Shown here: positions 63,050 to 64,000 of the stretch, one piece after another
Position numbering within the stretch: the first letter of the stretch is position 1
How the letters are laid out: each line of letters opens with the position of its first letter
From: Felis catus
Lineage: Eukaryota
Assembly (NCBI RefSeq): GCF_018350175.1
Contig: NC_058368.1
Span: forward strand, 169,820,001 to 169,884,000
DNA length: 64,000 bases
Reading direction: 5' to 3'
Notes under the pieces: model-generated
What the model saw: only the letters and a program-made list of their open reading frames with translations
Databases searched by the model: none
What the model was told of the DNA's origin: nothing
Made by a program: the position numbers and the translations under genes

Positions 63050-63480
63050 TTCTTTTGTGATTGTAAAAGTTATATATGCTTGTTATATACATGCGTATTT
63101 TAAAGAAAGTGACAGTATTCTTAATTTTCTTATTCAGAAATGATCACTATTAGTTTTCAGTACATTTTATTTATAAATATTTAATTATAGTTTGAATTCT
63201 ATTAGGAATGTGAACAAATTTTTTCATATCTTTTTCTACTAAAACTATAAAACAAATATTTTTCCATCATTAAAAATTTCACATGAGCACTGACATGGCA
63301 TTACAGCACTTGATTATGCACATGCGCCATCATCTAATTATTTCTCCATTGCTAAATATTTAGATTATTCTACATTTTTAGTATAAAAAATGCTGCAGTA
63401 AGAATAATTGTACATCAATCTTAGCATCACAAAAAATTCTCAGCACACCATTTCCTGAAGAATAGAGATTATTTATGAGT
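63050..63480 (-). mobile_element. Ancient L1ME 3' end
   Basis: ttgtaaaagttatatatgcttgtt...ttctccattgctaaatatttagattattc...aaaatgctgcagtaaga. Confidence 0.5.
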
Positions 63481-64000
63481 TACTTATTAAAAATAAGTAG
63501 TATTATATGTGACTTGCAAAGAACTAGGAGAATTCAGAGAAGAAAGTAAAGAATTCAGGGATAGAATTGCTCTCCTCAGATATTAATTTAGTAAATCAAT
63601 AAATGACTAAGTGATTGAATGAATGAGCAAAATAGTCCTGTTGCTAATCCATTTCACCAGTGGCTCATAAGTAAAATAGGTGGAAGCTGTGTTTCGAAAT
63701 ACACTTTGTATCCATATGTGTCATGTCATACACAACTAGTTTTATGCTACCCTGTGTCTGTTAGTGCTTTTGAAGCTTCTCTTACATAAAAAGTTGATCA
63801 AAGTCTGGTCCATATTAACATGTTTGTTAACCTGCACTAACATTCAGGTAAAGAATAGTAAAGGACATTATTTCATCTCTCATTTTAATTTAAGAAATCA
63901 CTTAAGCTCTGTGAAATCCAGACTAAGGGGGATCCTGAGGGCCCTTCAAAAGACAACTTGGTGGCACCTTAGTGTTACCGTCAGCCTGTGCAGGGCAAAG

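Overview
Mammalian, AT-rich, repeat-dense DNA from a cat-family (felid/feliform) genome. The assignment rests on many tRNA-derived Can-SINEs (including near-consensus young Felis-type copies) and on carnivore L1 3' ends. I find no intact protein-coding gene, RNA gene or CpG island. The ORF track consists of L1/ERV/SINE remnants, microsatellites and chance ORFs. Main contents: a ~4.85 kb 5'-truncated L1 that apparently split an older SINE; three L1s with 5' inversions; about ten Can-SINEs; a 738-bp solo LTR with a forkhead-motif array; ERVL pol remnants; MaLR LTRs; a long MER53-like hAT element; and MIR/L2 relics. Most L1s and several LTRs are on the minus strand, and two stop-containing candidate exons have good + strand splice sites. 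Together these suggest, by inference only, an intron or lncRNA transcribed on +. The most notable small structures are palindromic repair-like scars inside two MIRs, a MaLR LTR piece ending in a pure poly(A) tract, a close near-identical inverted SINE pair and an unexplained 136-bp element with inverted ends. I cannot support a claim of a new biological system. Repeat family names come from recalled consensus sequences, not from a database search.
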